Source: a virus. Taken from it: a stretch of DNA of 64,000 nucleotides. The position numbers were made by a program, and so were the translations under genes. Within the stretch, counting starts at the first letter, position 1. Each line of letters opens with the position of its first letter. Where the stretch lies: IMG/VR virus record IMGVR_UViG_3300034358_000044, positions 1 through 64,000 of that record; one strand, 5' to 3'. The notes under the pieces are model-generated. The model searched no databases and was not told the DNA's origin. It saw only the letters and a list, made by a program, of their open reading frames with translations. This document shows positions 17,099 to 25,824 of the stretch, piece by piece.

Positions 17099-17302
17099 CT
17101 ACTTCGGTTCGATGTTGAACTTCTCCATGGTGTCTTCGAGTTCGTAGAAGGCCTCGTCGGAGAGGTCGTCAGTGGCTTTGTCGTGGACCCATCGGAGGTA
17201 GCCGGGGTCCTCTTCGGCTACCTCCTCGATGGTCTTGCCTTGGTACTTCCCGTGCTTGAAGCACCACAGGAAGTTGTTGGGGTCCTTCATCAGGATGGCC
17301 AT
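17099..17302 (-). CDS. Small DUF3820/ExoX C-terminal-like domain protein
   Basis: FKHGKYQGKTIEEVAEEDPGYLRW signature. Confidence 0.7.
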   Translation of the reverse strand: MAILMKDPNNFLWCFKHGKYQGKTIEEVAEEDPGYLRWVHDKATDDLSDEAFYELEDTMEKFNIEPK

Positions 17303-17305
17303 TCG

Positions 17306-17656
17306 CTAGAGGTTCTCCGGCATGAACATCCCTCTGATGAACTGCGAGTACCCGTTGTCGCGCTTCTTCTCCTTCTTGGCCGCCTTGGGGAAGAGCTGCT
17401 CCTTCGCCATGGACTTGCCAGTCAGGATGCCCTCCCGGTACTTGTCGGCCTCGTTCTTCGCCAGAACGCGCAGCACGGCATCCGGGTGGTTGTCCCGGTA
17501 CTCGTTCATCGCGCCATAGGCAGCTTCCTGGCCACGGTGGCACGGGCCTTCGTTCTTCCACTCCCCCGTCACCTGGTCCTTGACCTGAAGCTGGTGGGGG
17601 AGAACCTCGTGCAACACATCCAGCGCGTGCTGGTACTGCTCCTTGGTGACCGTCAT
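17306..17656 (-). CDS. Hypothetical protein
   Basis: 116 aa, AAGGA RBS. Confidence 0.8.
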   Translation of the reverse strand: MTVTKEQYQHALDVLHEVLPHQLQVKDQVTGEWKNEGPCHRGQEAAYGAMNEYRDNHPDAVLRVLAKNEADKYREGILTGKSMAKEQLFPKAAKKEKKRDNGYSQFIRGMFMPENL

Positions 17657-17786
17657 GGTGTAGTCCTTGAATCGTATTGCGGGTTGGAGTACTACTGCGG
17701 GAAGCCGCGCATCGGGACTAAGCGAGAATGAAGGCTCAATTGCCCGATCCGCCCCGATGCAGCGGCTATGTTTTTTGCCTGCAGTT

Positions 17787-17798
17787 CCTTATGCCGAA
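17787..17798 (-). promoter_or_regulatory. Promoter motif TTCGGCATAAGG
   Basis: Exact copy, intergenic, 130 bp above ORF 17306-17656. Confidence 0.7.
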
Positions 17799-17814
17799 TG
17801 GCAAGGCCTTCTTG

Positions 17815-18204
17815 CTACGGCCACAGCCCGCGATTCAGGTACTGCCGAAGTGTCACTGCCCGCTCTTCGATGGAGGAGAGTTCGGACAAGACGAGCTTGA
17901 AGCGGTCCTCTTCGGTGACCTTCTCGCCGTAGTCTCCATTGAAGACCTCGGTAATGTGGACCGCCAGGGTGGAGGCAGCGGTTTCACCCAAGTCCTTCAT
18001 CTGCTGAACGGCGGTGTCGATCCGCTCGTTGTACCAGTCGGGAGGGCCATTCACCGGCACCCCGCTGATTTCGTCCTTCTTCGCTGGAGACTTCGCCATC
18101 ATCTTCTCCAGGTTCTCGTTGAGTTGTTCCAGCCCTCGCGCGATGCGGGGCATAGTGCCGTCGTAGAACTGCCTGCCCATGACGGTCTGGAAGAAATCGG
18201 TCAT
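17815..18204 (-). CDS. Hypothetical protein
   Basis: 129 aa, codon bias. Confidence 0.8.
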   Translation of the reverse strand: MTDFFQTVMGRQFYDGTMPRIARGLEQLNENLEKMMAKSPAKKDEISGVPVNGPPDWYNERIDTAVQQMKDLGETAASTLAVHITEVFNGDYGEKVTEEDRFKLVLSELSSIEERAVTLRQYLNRGLWP

Positions 18205-18205
18205 T

Positions 18206-18433
18206 CTAGAAGCCCTCCGGCCAGATCTTGTTCGTCTTGTGGTAGTGGAGAATCAACTTCTTCAGTGTCTGCATCTCTTCCTTGCTGGCCCCGGCTTTCC
18301 CCTGTGCGGAATCCAAGGCGAGCAGCAGCAGGTCGGCAGAAACGGTGTTACGGATGAGCTCTCCGACGAAGGCAAGGAGGAGCTTGATGGGAAGGGGCTC
18401 TTCTCCTTCCCTGATGGCAAGCCTATCGTTCAC
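18206..18433 (-). CDS. Hypothetical protein
   Basis: 75 aa, GTGA overlap. Confidence 0.7.
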   Translation of the reverse strand: MNDRLAIREGEEPLPIKLLLAFVGELIRNTVSADLLLLALDSAQGKAGASKEEMQTLKKLILHYHKTNKIWPEGF

Positions 18434-18717
18434 GCCCAGAACAGGACTCGTATGGCCCCCTCTTTTGCTGCCTTCTTGTAGGAGTTGATGAACTGCTTGG
18501 AGCAGCCGAAGTCCTTCATGTCGTTTACGGTGTTCAGAACGAAGTTCGGATCTCCGCAGTGGATGATGAACTCGCAGGCACTCTTGTGGGTGAAGGTTGC
18601 GTGCTCGGCGCAGTAGTGCCAGTCGATGCTAACCTGCCCTTCATTATCGAAGAGAATGCCGGCATCTACCTCGGCAGTGACTGAGAGAACGAGTCCCTTT
18701 TTTCTCTTGGTGGTCAT
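18430..18717 (-). CDS. Hypothetical protein
   Basis: MTTKRKK start, ATGA overlap. Confidence 0.75.
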   Translation of the reverse strand: MTTKRKKGLVLSVTAEVDAGILFDNEGQVSIDWHYCAEHATFTHKSACEFIIHCGDPNFVLNTVNDMKDFGCSKQFINSYKKAAKEGAIRVLFWA

Positions 18718-19157
18718 GGGAGGTTCCTCAACTCCAGCTTCTTGGTGTTCTTGGTCACCCACTCGCTCTCGTTGAACCAGATGATCTTCGGAGCCGTGAC
18801 GATGCAGAACCCTCCACCGAACTCGTCAACTCTGGGCTTGCTGCAGGTGTCCGCCCAGCTCATGTGGAAGTAGCCCTTGGGGCAGAACTTCTTGAGATAG
18901 CTCTGCACGAAGTCGGCAATCTGCTCCACGTTGCCGGACTCTCCGCTGTCCCTGAACCAGACGTAGGGAGGCTGGATGATGTCTCCCAGGGTCTTCATGC
19001 CCGTGAGGCCGAAGACGGTCCAATCGTAGTCCGTCATGAGGTTGCCATCCTCATCCTCCGTAATCTTCAGGAGGTCGAGCTCCTTCTGGCACCACTCCGC
19101 TTCCCCGTGGTGTTGCAGCTTCAGTGCGAATGAGAACTGCCTGTAGTTGTTGGCCAC
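18714..19157 (-). CDS. Hypothetical protein
   Basis: 147 aa, codon bias. Confidence 0.8.
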   Translation of the reverse strand: MANNYRQFSFALKLQHHGEAEWCQKELDLLKITEDEDGNLMTDYDWTVFGLTGMKTLGDIIQPPYVWFRDSGESGNVEQIADFVQSYLKKFCPKGYFHMSWADTCSKPRVDEFGGGFCIVTAPKIIWFNESEWVTKNTKKLELRNLP

Positions 19158-19588
19158 TAGACCTCCACTTGCCGGCCGAATCGTTTGTTCCTGACAACGC
19201 TGGACACTTCCTTGGCCCTCTTCCTCTTCTTGAGAAGGAGGATCTCTTTGCGTCTCTCCTTCTCCGCGTCCATGTAGATCTTCCTGTTGTAGAGGTGGAA
19301 GAGCTCCTCCATGACGCGGAGGCCCGCCATCGTGATCTTGATGAGGGCGTACTTCTGGTCATTGACCTGCAGGTAGTCCATGACGTGGTTGATGCTGGGG
19401 GAGTGCGTGGTGTGCTTCTCCACTTCCGTCCTGCGGGGGCCGAGTCTCCTCTCGCAGAGCACCTCGTAGACGGCGTAGACGTCGAAGTCCTTGTGGAAGC
19501 GCCCATGGACCTCGTACCGGTCGAGCGCGACCTTGCTGACCTCTTTCCACCTGGTGGGGTATCGAGCCCTCTTCGCTTTCTTGGCCAT
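19157..19588 (-). CDS. Basic hypothetical protein ending in FGRQVEV
   Basis: 143 aa; carries the shared C-terminal motif. Confidence 0.8.
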   Translation of the reverse strand: MAKKAKRARYPTRWKEVSKVALDRYEVHGRFHKDFDVYAVYEVLCERRLGPRRTEVEKHTTHSPSINHVMDYLQVNDQKYALIKITMAGLRVMEELFHLYNRKIYMDAEKERRKEILLLKKRKRAKEVSSVVRNKRFGRQVEV

Positions 19589-19902
19589 CAGTCCGCCGTG
19601 AGGCTGAGGTCTTCGATCTCATCCAGAGCGACCGTCACCTCATCGCCGTAGTTCTTCTTGGCGAGGAAGAGCGGTTGGTTCGCCAGGGTGCCGTAGAGGA
19701 CACCGTCCTTGTCGCCAAGGATCTTCACCCAGATGTGCTCCCTCTGTGGCCAGTCCTTCTTCTTGTAGTTGACCCTGAACGCCTTCTTCACCCACTTCCC
19801 TTTGAAGAAGGAGAGGGGCTCGGAGGCGTACTTGGACTCGGGCTTGGGGGCGTGGTCGGCGCAGACGAACTGGAGGTTGTCGAGTTGCTTGCTGGAGGGC
19901 AT
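19588..19902 (-). CDS. DUF2314 (YegJ)-like protein
   Basis: EHIWV...GTLANQP...YGDEVTVALDEIED pattern. Confidence 0.6.
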   Translation of the reverse strand: MPSSKQLDNLQFVCADHAPKPESKYASEPLSFFKGKWVKKAFRVNYKKKDWPQREHIWVKILGDKDGVLYGTLANQPLFLAKKNYGDEVTVALDEIEDLSLTAD

Positions 19903-20228
19903 GGCGGTTCCATTGCCTTTCTGATGCGGGTTTCTTCAGCGATGACGCGCTTGTAGTCGGTGATGTTGATGGGGCGGCAGCTCGCGAATATGGGCATGCC
20001 GTTGGCGCTTCTTGGGAGTGCCTCTGTGATGTACTCGTAGAAGTGGGCAATCTGGTCCTTCACGAAGCCCTCGATGACTTCCTTGCTCACCATTGCCAAT
20101 GGGAGGAAGCACATCCTGACGTCTTCTACCCTTCGCAGCCGGTCGGACATGAAGACCTGGTTGGTCACCAGTTCCACCGCCAGCTTGTTGACTTCTGCAT
20201 CTGTCATCTTGGGTTCTGGATCCGTCAT
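19788..20228 (-). CDS. Hypothetical protein (Ser/Pro tail overprints next gene)
   Basis: Start MTDPEPK, ATGA overlap. Confidence 0.65.
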   Translation of the reverse strand: MTDPEPKMTDAEVNKLAVELVTNQVFMSDRLRRVEDVRMCFLPLAMVSKEVIEGFVKDQIAHFYEYITEALPRSANGMPIFASCRPINITDYKRVIAEETRIRKAMEPPCPPASNSTTSSSSAPTTPPSPSPSTPPSPSPSSKGSG

Positions 20229-20509
20229 GGTTTCCCCAGGTAGTCGTCGAACCAGAAGTCGTTGATTTCCAAGTCTTCGGGCATGGGCTTCTCTGACTCG
20301 AAGATGGCTGAGACATCGACCAGTCCGTGCCCAACATGGGCGTACATCGTGAAGCCGTCCGGCTCTTCGTCCGAGTCGCAGTTCTTGATGGTCAGGATGT
20401 GCTGCCACTTGTGCGCCGCGATGAGCTTCCGCTCCTTGGCCCTGTTGATTTCCTTGAAGGGGCCGTAGAGCTCGACGAGTTGCTTGTTGGTGAGCTTCTT
20501 GCTCGTCAT
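20225..20509 (-). CDS. Hypothetical protein
   Basis: MTSKKL start, GGAG RBS. Confidence 0.75.
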   Translation of the reverse strand: MTSKKLTNKQLVELYGPFKEINRAKERKLIAAHKWQHILTIKNCDSDEEPDGFTMYAHVGHGLVDVSAIFESEKPMPEDLEINDFWFDDYLGKP

Positions 20510-20700
20510 GTCTCCTCCCAGTCGATGTTCTTCAGGTCCACTGGGGCTACGCCTGCGGCTTTGCACTTGCCGCACTGGACTTCGACGACCCAGCCGACGA
20601 TGGCATCGTGGTAGAGGCTGTACCTGCCCGCTGTCGGGTAGATGTGGCCGGTGTGCTTGCACGTCTTGACGGGCTTCTTAGGCGGTTGTTTCGCTGACAT
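20506..20700 (-). CDS. Small Zn-binding hypothetical protein
   Basis: CKH...CGKC. Confidence 0.65.
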   Translation of the reverse strand: MSAKQPPKKPVKTCKHTGHIYPTAGRYSLYHDAIVGWVVEVQCGKCKAAGVAPVDLKNIDWEET

Positions 20701-20872
20701 CGTCGGCCTCGATGGTGGAGTCATCCACTCCGTTGTAGACCCAGACGACGTCACCCTTCTGTGCTTTCTCGACGGCGATGTCGGTCGCTTCTTCCGAGCT
20801 TTTCGCCTCCACCTCAACTGTCGCTTCGACGTTGCCGACCGCTGAGAGATAAACCTTGAACTTCTTCTTCAT
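20678..20872 (-). CDS. Small acidic beta-rich protein
   Basis: GGAGG RBS before MKKKFKVY. Confidence 0.7.
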   Translation of the reverse strand: MKKKFKVYLSAVGNVEATVEVEAKSSEEATDIAVEKAQKGDVVWVYNGVDDSTIEADDVSETTA

Positions 20873-20910
20873 GAGCACCTCCAGTGAAGGATACGATTTT
20901 ACGGCCATAT

Positions 20911-20922
20911 CCTTATGCCGAA
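20911..20922 (-). promoter_or_regulatory. Promoter motif TTCGGCATAAGG at strand-switch point
   Basis: Exact copy heading the 1-20.9 kb minus block. Confidence 0.75.
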
Positions 20923-20971
20923 GTACATGCGTAAGTTGACAAGTCGAAATCGACGTGCTTCTGTTCGCGCC

Positions 20972-21274
20972 ATGCAGACTGACTACGTCTCTGACGAGTC
21001 CGCAGCGCAAGCCAAGGCCTACGAGACGGAGCTCCGCAAGCTTCCGCCCGATGCCGGCATCCTCTTCATTGGGGTCAAGGCCGTTCCGTGCCGGGACGGG
21101 AAGAGCAAGTCCTTCGAGGTCAGGCTGGGGACTCACCGAGCGGTGGGACAGTCCGCTAGTGTGGCGCTGGTCAGCTACACCTTCCGTCACGAGATGCAGA
21201 GGGGCATCAAGTTTCTAGTCAGCGCCTACCAAGGCATTTCGGGAGCCGCACGTGCCGACCATGGTGATGCGTAG
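20972..21274 (+). CDS. Hypothetical protein
   Basis: MQTDYV start; first gene of plus block. Confidence 0.7.
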   Translation: MQTDYVSDESAAQAKAYETELRKLPPDAGILFIGVKAVPCRDGKSKSFEVRLGTHRAVGQSASVALVSYTFRHEMQRGIKFLVSAYQGISGAARADHGDA

Positions 21275-21467
21275 GTTGGTACGTCTTCGGCGCAAGAAGA
21301 TGACAGCGTCTGAGGCAGCCCGGAGGATGAAGGTGTCCAGGCAGCAGATCTTCAACATCGAGACGGAGTACCAAGGAGCCCCGAGTATCCTGACCGTGGA
21401 GCGTTACGCGAAGGCCATTGGGGCGAAGGTTGTTGTTCTTGACCGAGCCCACAAGAGCGGTACATAG
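21252..21467 (+). CDS. XRE/Cro-C1 helix-turn-helix regulator
   Basis: LRRKKMTASEAARRMKVSRQQIFNIE...PSILTVERYAKAIG. Confidence 0.85.
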   Translation: MPTMVMRRLVRLRRKKMTASEAARRMKVSRQQIFNIETEYQGAPSILTVERYAKAIGAKVVVLDRAHKSGT

Positions 21468-21494
21468 TCGCCGTACAGACAACGTACAGACACC

Positions 21495-21818
21495 ATGTCA
21501 GACCGAAATCCGATAGTCATCCCGAAGACTGCTGACGCTAGAAGGCGCTGCGCCAAATGTGGCAGCCTTGACTGGTACGGGCGCAACATCTCAGGAGCCG
21601 TCACCTTCAAGTGCAAATGCGGCTATGAGTGGTATGGGGGGCTCGCCCAGGTGCCGATGGATCCACTCGTACCACAGCCCCCTCTGGCTCCTCCCGATCC
21701 CGACATTCAGTTCGTTGAGAATTCGAGGGTCGAGGGTGGTGTAGAAGAGATTCGCAAGAAGCCCGACATGAGGACCGACTTCAGGAAGGGCGCCCCAATT
21801 CCAGGTGACGAGGAGTGA
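21495..21818 (+). CDS. Zn-ribbon protein
   Basis: CAKCG...CKCGYEW. Confidence 0.75.
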   Translation: MSDRNPIVIPKTADARRRCAKCGSLDWYGRNISGAVTFKCKCGYEWYGGLAQVPMDPLVPQPPLAPPDPDIQFVENSRVEGGVEEIRKKPDMRTDFRKGAPIPGDEE

Positions 21819-22681
21819 CAATGGCAGATGTGAGGGAGCAGGAAATCAAGGAGATCTCCTTTGGTCGAAAGGAGCTCGACCCTGAGGAAGAAGCAGCGTA
21901 CCGGGAGAAGATCGCTGCTGCCCGGAAGGGCGGCATTGGGGCACTGAAGGGTTCCACCCCCATCGGCCATGTGGAGCGTCCTCCCATCCCCGACCTCACC
22001 AGTCGGCGGTCGAAGGATGCCCCCTCCGGTCTCACTGCAGAGGGCGGAGTGGCTCCCAGGCCTCCAGGGTCGCCTGCCATCAGTTCGAGCACGGTCGCTC
22101 AACTGGAGGAGATCCAGAAGGTGCAGGCGAAGGAAGCCGTCATCAACGAAGAAGAGGTTAAGAAGGGGGCTGCGGAAGCCGCCAAGGAAGACCTCTTCGA
22201 CATGTTCGACTTCGCCGGCAACAACGAGGCGGAGCGCATCCTCAATAACAAGAAGCGGCGTAAGGAGGTTGAGGACCGCTGCGAGCCAATGAACTTCGAA
22301 GATCTCATCATGAAGGATGAGGTGCGGCAGACGGTGCCCATCATCCCAGGCAAGTTCGAGCCCAGGTTCCGTACTCTGAACCCAGAAGAGAGCCTCTTCC
22401 TCAAGCAGTTCCTGGCGAAGGACCCCTCCCCGAATGAAGCCTACTCGGTGGAGAAGTTCTCTCTCTGTCAGCTCACGTGCGCGCTGGTCTCCCTCAACGG
22501 GCAGGACTTCCCGGACCATCGCAAGCCGGACGGCACCCCGGACGAGGAGCTCTTCAAGATCAAGCTGAAGAGGCTGATGAAGAAGTCTGGGTACATCATC
22601 GCGGACCTGGCCATCAACTACTACTGGTTCGACATTCGAGTTCGGAAGCTCATCGCTCCGGACAGACTGGGAAATGGCTAG
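21815..22681 (+). CDS. Putative tail assembly chaperone (short form)
   Basis: Helical, TAC-like C-terminal half; ends LGNG* over slippery G GGA AAT. Confidence 0.65.
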   Translation: MTMADVREQEIKEISFGRKELDPEEEAAYREKIAAARKGGIGALKGSTPIGHVERPPIPDLTSRRSKDAPSGLTAEGGVAPRPPGSPAISSSTVAQLEEIQKVQAKEAVINEEEVKKGAAEAAKEDLFDMFDFAGNNEAERILNNKKRRKEVEDRCEPMNFEDLIMKDEVRQTVPIIPGKFEPRFRTLNPEESLFLKQFLAKDPSPNEAYSVEKFSLCQLTCALVSLNGQDFPDHRKPDGTPDEELFKIKLKRLMKKSGYIIADLAINYYWFDIRVRKLIAPDRLGNG

Positions 22682-23088
22682 ACACCGCTGAGGGGTGGGC
22701 TAGGGCGAACGTCCTCTACGACAAGGAAGATCGCGCTCCCAAAGCGGGAAGTTTGAGAGAAGCACTCTTCCTGCACGTTTGGCTCAAACGTCAGGAGCAG
22801 AAGGTAGCGGAGATGCGAATCCTCGCACAGGGGCTGGCGAATGGAGAGCTCGTAGGGAAGGCGTTCCAGGACTACGTCCAGACGGTGTACCCATTCATGA
22901 AGCAAGAGAAGGTAGCGTCGGACAAGGAGCTGATGAAGCGGGTCGAACAGGAAGTAGCAAAGGGCGTCATCACCTTCGCTCCGGCACCTACAAGATTCCT
23001 GGGAGATGCGGCCAAGAAGTACACGATGGCAGATGAAGACGTGAAGCGATTCAGGGATTCTGCTAGTAGACGGAAAGGTCTCAAATGA
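22669..23088 (+). CDS. -1 frameshift extension of the tail assembly chaperone
   Basis: Open -1 frame continues GKWLDTAEGW... from the heptamer; GC3-rich; no clear RBS and start seen at the junction. Confidence 0.65.
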   Translation, partial: GKWLDTAEGWARANVLYDKEDRAPKAGSLREALFLHVWLKRQEQKVAEMRILAQGLANGELVGKAFQDYVQTVYPFMKQEKVASDKELMKRVEQEVAKGVITFAPAPTRFLGDAAKKYTMADEDVKRFRDSASRRKGLK

Positions 23089-23387
23089 GTCTGATGCTCA
23101 CAAGGTTCTCGCAGGAAGTTGACGTGGGCTCGGGCTCCCTGGACGTCACGTTCTTCGCCATCTTCAAGTCGGAGGATGGACGCGAGATGAAGATGCCCAT
23201 CTCCGAGGAAGCCTCCAGGGCCATCATCGCCTTCTTCGCGGACACTCCCGTCAAGGAAACACACACCGCTCCAGCCCCAGAGGCAGATGCGACGGTCTTC
23301 GAGTCCGAGGACCACCAAGATGAGTCCTACCAGACAGATGAAGGGGAAGGCCTCATCGACAATGAGGAGGATGTTCCTTCCCTATGA
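23085..23387 (+). CDS. Acidic hypothetical protein
   Basis: 100 aa, ATGA overlap. Confidence 0.75.
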   Translation: MSLMLTRFSQEVDVGSGSLDVTFFAIFKSEDGREMKMPISEEASRAIIAFFADTPVKETHTAPAPEADATVFESEDHQDESYQTDEGEGLIDNEEDVPSL

Positions 23388-23842
23388 TCATCAACTCGCT
23401 CTGCAACAAGTGCTTCCAGCCCTTCAAGCTCCTGGTTCAGACAAGTGATGCAGGCTTGCTGAGTGAGGTGACACAGGATGATGGCCGGTCCTGCCTGTGT
23501 CCGCGCCTCTGCGGCGGGGTCATCAACCTCACGGGAGATGCTCATGGGCCTGAAGGAGTACATCTCCGAGAGCCTCTCGAAATCACTGCCGGGGAGCTCT
23601 ACCGTGCGGTCAACGGTCTCGGACTCCCAGACGAGATCCCAAAGGACGGGATTGTGGTAGCAGCTCTTCTCAAGTCCTATCCGGTCGAGGATGTCGTCAC
23701 TCATGAGTTCCGAGGAGGCCTCTACCTGGAAGAGCTTCGTCTCAAGGGCGGGGTCACCATCCATCTGACGTCGGGAGCGGTAGGAGCACGCATCTTGAAG
23801 ATCACGAAGGAGAAACCCAATGGGCCTGTCAATTCTGGCTGA
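23384..23842 (+). CDS. Cys-containing hypothetical protein
   Basis: CNKC...CLCPRLC. Confidence 0.8.
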   Translation: MIINSLCNKCFQPFKLLVQTSDAGLLSEVTQDDGRSCLCPRLCGGVINLTGDAHGPEGVHLREPLEITAGELYRAVNGLGLPDEIPKDGIVVAALLKSYPVEDVVTHEFRGGLYLEELRLKGGVTIHLTSGAVGARILKITKEKPNGPVNSG

Positions 23843-24143
23843 AGCTCTCGCTCGGATCGAACACAAGCTGGACAGCCTGCTTCGTCACAGCGGGACTCCG
23901 GTTCTCCCGATGCACTTCGTCGGAAACGTCTGCCCTGTGTGTAGTCAGATGGTGGACTACCAGATAGACATTCAGCATCAAGTCGTTGTCCGTCGATGTG
24001 GCTGCCGCACCGGGAAGGTTCCCTCGACGATCCCTCTCCTTCCCCTCTCACCCACCCCAGGAGCACCCAATGGCTACCCCTCTCCAGATGAGCCCGAGCG
24101 ACCTGAACCAGCCGAGGACAGTTCTCGGCGCAAAGCGCGTTGA
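23820..24143 (+). CDS. Zn-ribbon hypothetical protein
   Basis: CPVC...CGC; AGGAG RBS. Confidence 0.65.
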   Translation: MGLSILAEALARIEHKLDSLLRHSGTPVLPMHFVGNVCPVCSQMVDYQIDIQHQVVVRRCGCRTGKVPSTIPLLPLSPTPGAPNGYPSPDEPERPEPAEDSSRRKAR

Positions 24144-24339
24144 GATCGCGCTGGTGACGTACACCGACGAGACCAACACGCCCCAGACGCAGCTCGCCAT
24201 CATCGGTGAGAACAACGTCCACCTGCTGGAGGGCCGCGCCATGGGGCTCTCGAAGGTCACCACTCCGCAGGGCAACGCCTCCTCCTGGCTGCGTGATGCC
24301 ATCATGGCGAAGTTGGCTGCCGGCAAGGTGAAGAAGTAG
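24070..24339 (+). CDS. Hypothetical protein
   Basis: AGGAG RBS before MATPLQ. Confidence 0.75.
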   Translation: MATPLQMSPSDLNQPRTVLGAKRVEIALVTYTDETNTPQTQLAIIGENNVHLLEGRAMGLSKVTTPQGNASSWLRDAIMAKLAAGKVKK

Positions 24340-24708
24340 ATGTTCACCGCCGATCCTCACAACATCCGGCCGAAGAGGGATTGGGCCATCATCCTTCAGG
24401 ACCCCAGGAAGAGTGTGCTCTCTTCCGGCATCCTTCTGCCGATGGAGACGAACGACGAGAAGCTCCATGAGGGCTCTGGCATCGTCATCCGTCTCGGAGT
24501 TGGCCCCAAGGTGACTGGTACGAGTCTTCGTGAGGGAGACCGGGTTCTCTACCGGACCTATCTACGCCACGCCGTCACCATCGACTCTGACAAGAAGTGG
24601 TCAGACGGTTCGCGCATGGAGTTCTTCTTCATGGACGTCACCGACATTGCCGCAGTCATCAGTACTGATCTAGAAGTAGGCGCACTCTCTGAAAGGAAGC
24701 TCTCGTGA
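24340..24708 (+). CDS. groES: GroES/Cpn10-like co-chaperonin
   Basis: IRPKRDWAII...SSGILLP...GIVIRLGVG...LREGDRVLY. Confidence 0.8.
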   Translation: MFTADPHNIRPKRDWAIILQDPRKSVLSSGILLPMETNDEKLHEGSGIVIRLGVGPKVTGTSLREGDRVLYRTYLRHAVTIDSDKKWSDGSRMEFFFMDVTDIAAVISTDLEVGALSERKLS

Positions 24709-24968
24709 AGATGAGCATGTTGAAGCACCTCCCTACTGGGTGGAAGGACGAGGCCGACGCGATGGGCGAAGCACAGCTTCGAGCTGTCATCGTCGAAAGC
24801 TCGAACAACCTCCGCACCATCGACGATGAGATGGCGGAGAACGACGCCCTCCAGCGCCTGAAGACCAAGGTGAAGGACGCCTCTCAGGGGTACAACGACG
24901 CGAAGAAGGCCCAGAAGGCGAAGGTGGCCTACGCGCTGCACTGCTTGGAGCAGGCGGGGAAGATCTGA
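24705..24968 (+). CDS. Coiled-coil hypothetical protein
   Basis: 87 aa, operonic. Confidence 0.75.
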   Translation: MKMSMLKHLPTGWKDEADAMGEAQLRAVIVESSNNLRTIDDEMAENDALQRLKTKVKDASQGYNDAKKAQKAKVAYALHCLEQAGKI

Positions 24969-25606
24969 TGAAAGTCCTCACTCCAATCCTGGTGTTCTTC
25001 GGACGGCTGTTCTCGTTCTCCTACATGGGATCGGGGCTCTACAAGCGGTGGTCCTACGTCTACCGCTGGCTGTACGAGAGGAAGTACAAGGACGTGCAGC
25101 TCGCCACGTTCGACACCCTCCCCCGGCTCGCCACCTGGGTGAACCGGCAGAAGTGGAAGGCGGACTCCTGGAAGGAGATGTGGGACGCCATCAGCACCCC
25201 ACAGAAGGTTCAGGCCATCGGTCAGGACAAGGACGGAGACCACTTCATCGGGGACTGCGACGAATTCGCCATCTACAGCGTCGCTGCTATCCAGGGGAGT
25301 CTCGCTGCAGGCCTGATGAAGGGCGAGAACATCGCAGCCGCCTACATCCTCTCCGTCACCTGGTTCAACCCGACGAAGATGAAGACGCTCTTCGGCTTCG
25401 GTGGGCACAACGTGTGCCTCATTGAGTTCTCTGACATGGGGCCGAAGTACGCCTACATGGACTACTACCTGCCCTCGAAGAGAGCCGGGTCCATCGCGGA
25501 CATCGCTGAGGTGGTGCGCCAGAGGTACTCGGGCGAGGGTGTCATCCCGTTGGTGTGGCATGTCGCCAAGCTCGACCTCACTCCTGTGCAGACTCGCTGG
25601 GGATGA
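24968..25606 (+). CDS. Transglutaminase-like cysteine peptidase-fold protein
   Basis: GDCDEFA nucleophile motif and GGHNVC His; hydrophobic N-terminus. Confidence 0.7.
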   Translation: MKVLTPILVFFGRLFSFSYMGSGLYKRWSYVYRWLYERKYKDVQLATFDTLPRLATWVNRQKWKADSWKEMWDAISTPQKVQAIGQDKDGDHFIGDCDEFAIYSVAAIQGSLAAGLMKGENIAAAYILSVTWFNPTKMKTLFGFGGHNVCLIEFSDMGPKYAYMDYYLPSKRAGSIADIAEVVRQRYSGEGVIPLVWHVAKLDLTPVQTRWG

Positions 25607-25824
25607 CTGTCTCGTTCTTCAAGGCAACGACGCCAGATGGGCGGACAGTTGTCGAGGTCAAGGTCCCTGGAGACTCTGTCTCCGAGGTAGGGTTGGAGTT
25701 CTCCTGTTCCGTCGTCTTGGATGGACGGCTGCCGGCGTTGGAAGAGCTGGCGACGACGGACAAGCACGAAATGGTGCTGTGGGTGAAGAAGCAGATGAAG
25801 GAAGCCATGAGGAGATCTCGATGA
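25603..25824 (+). CDS. Hypothetical protein
   Basis: ATGA overlap. Confidence 0.65.
   Translation: MTVSFFKATTPDGRTVVEVKVPGDSVSEVGLEFSCSVVLDGRLPALEELATTDKHEMVLWVKKQMKEAMRRSR

Noticed and set aside
19788-19902. Functional overprinted Ser/Pro tail (also overlaps at 24070-24143 and 29924-30009)
   Set aside because: Low-complexity read-through into the next gene's alternative frame, common in dense GC-rich phage genomes
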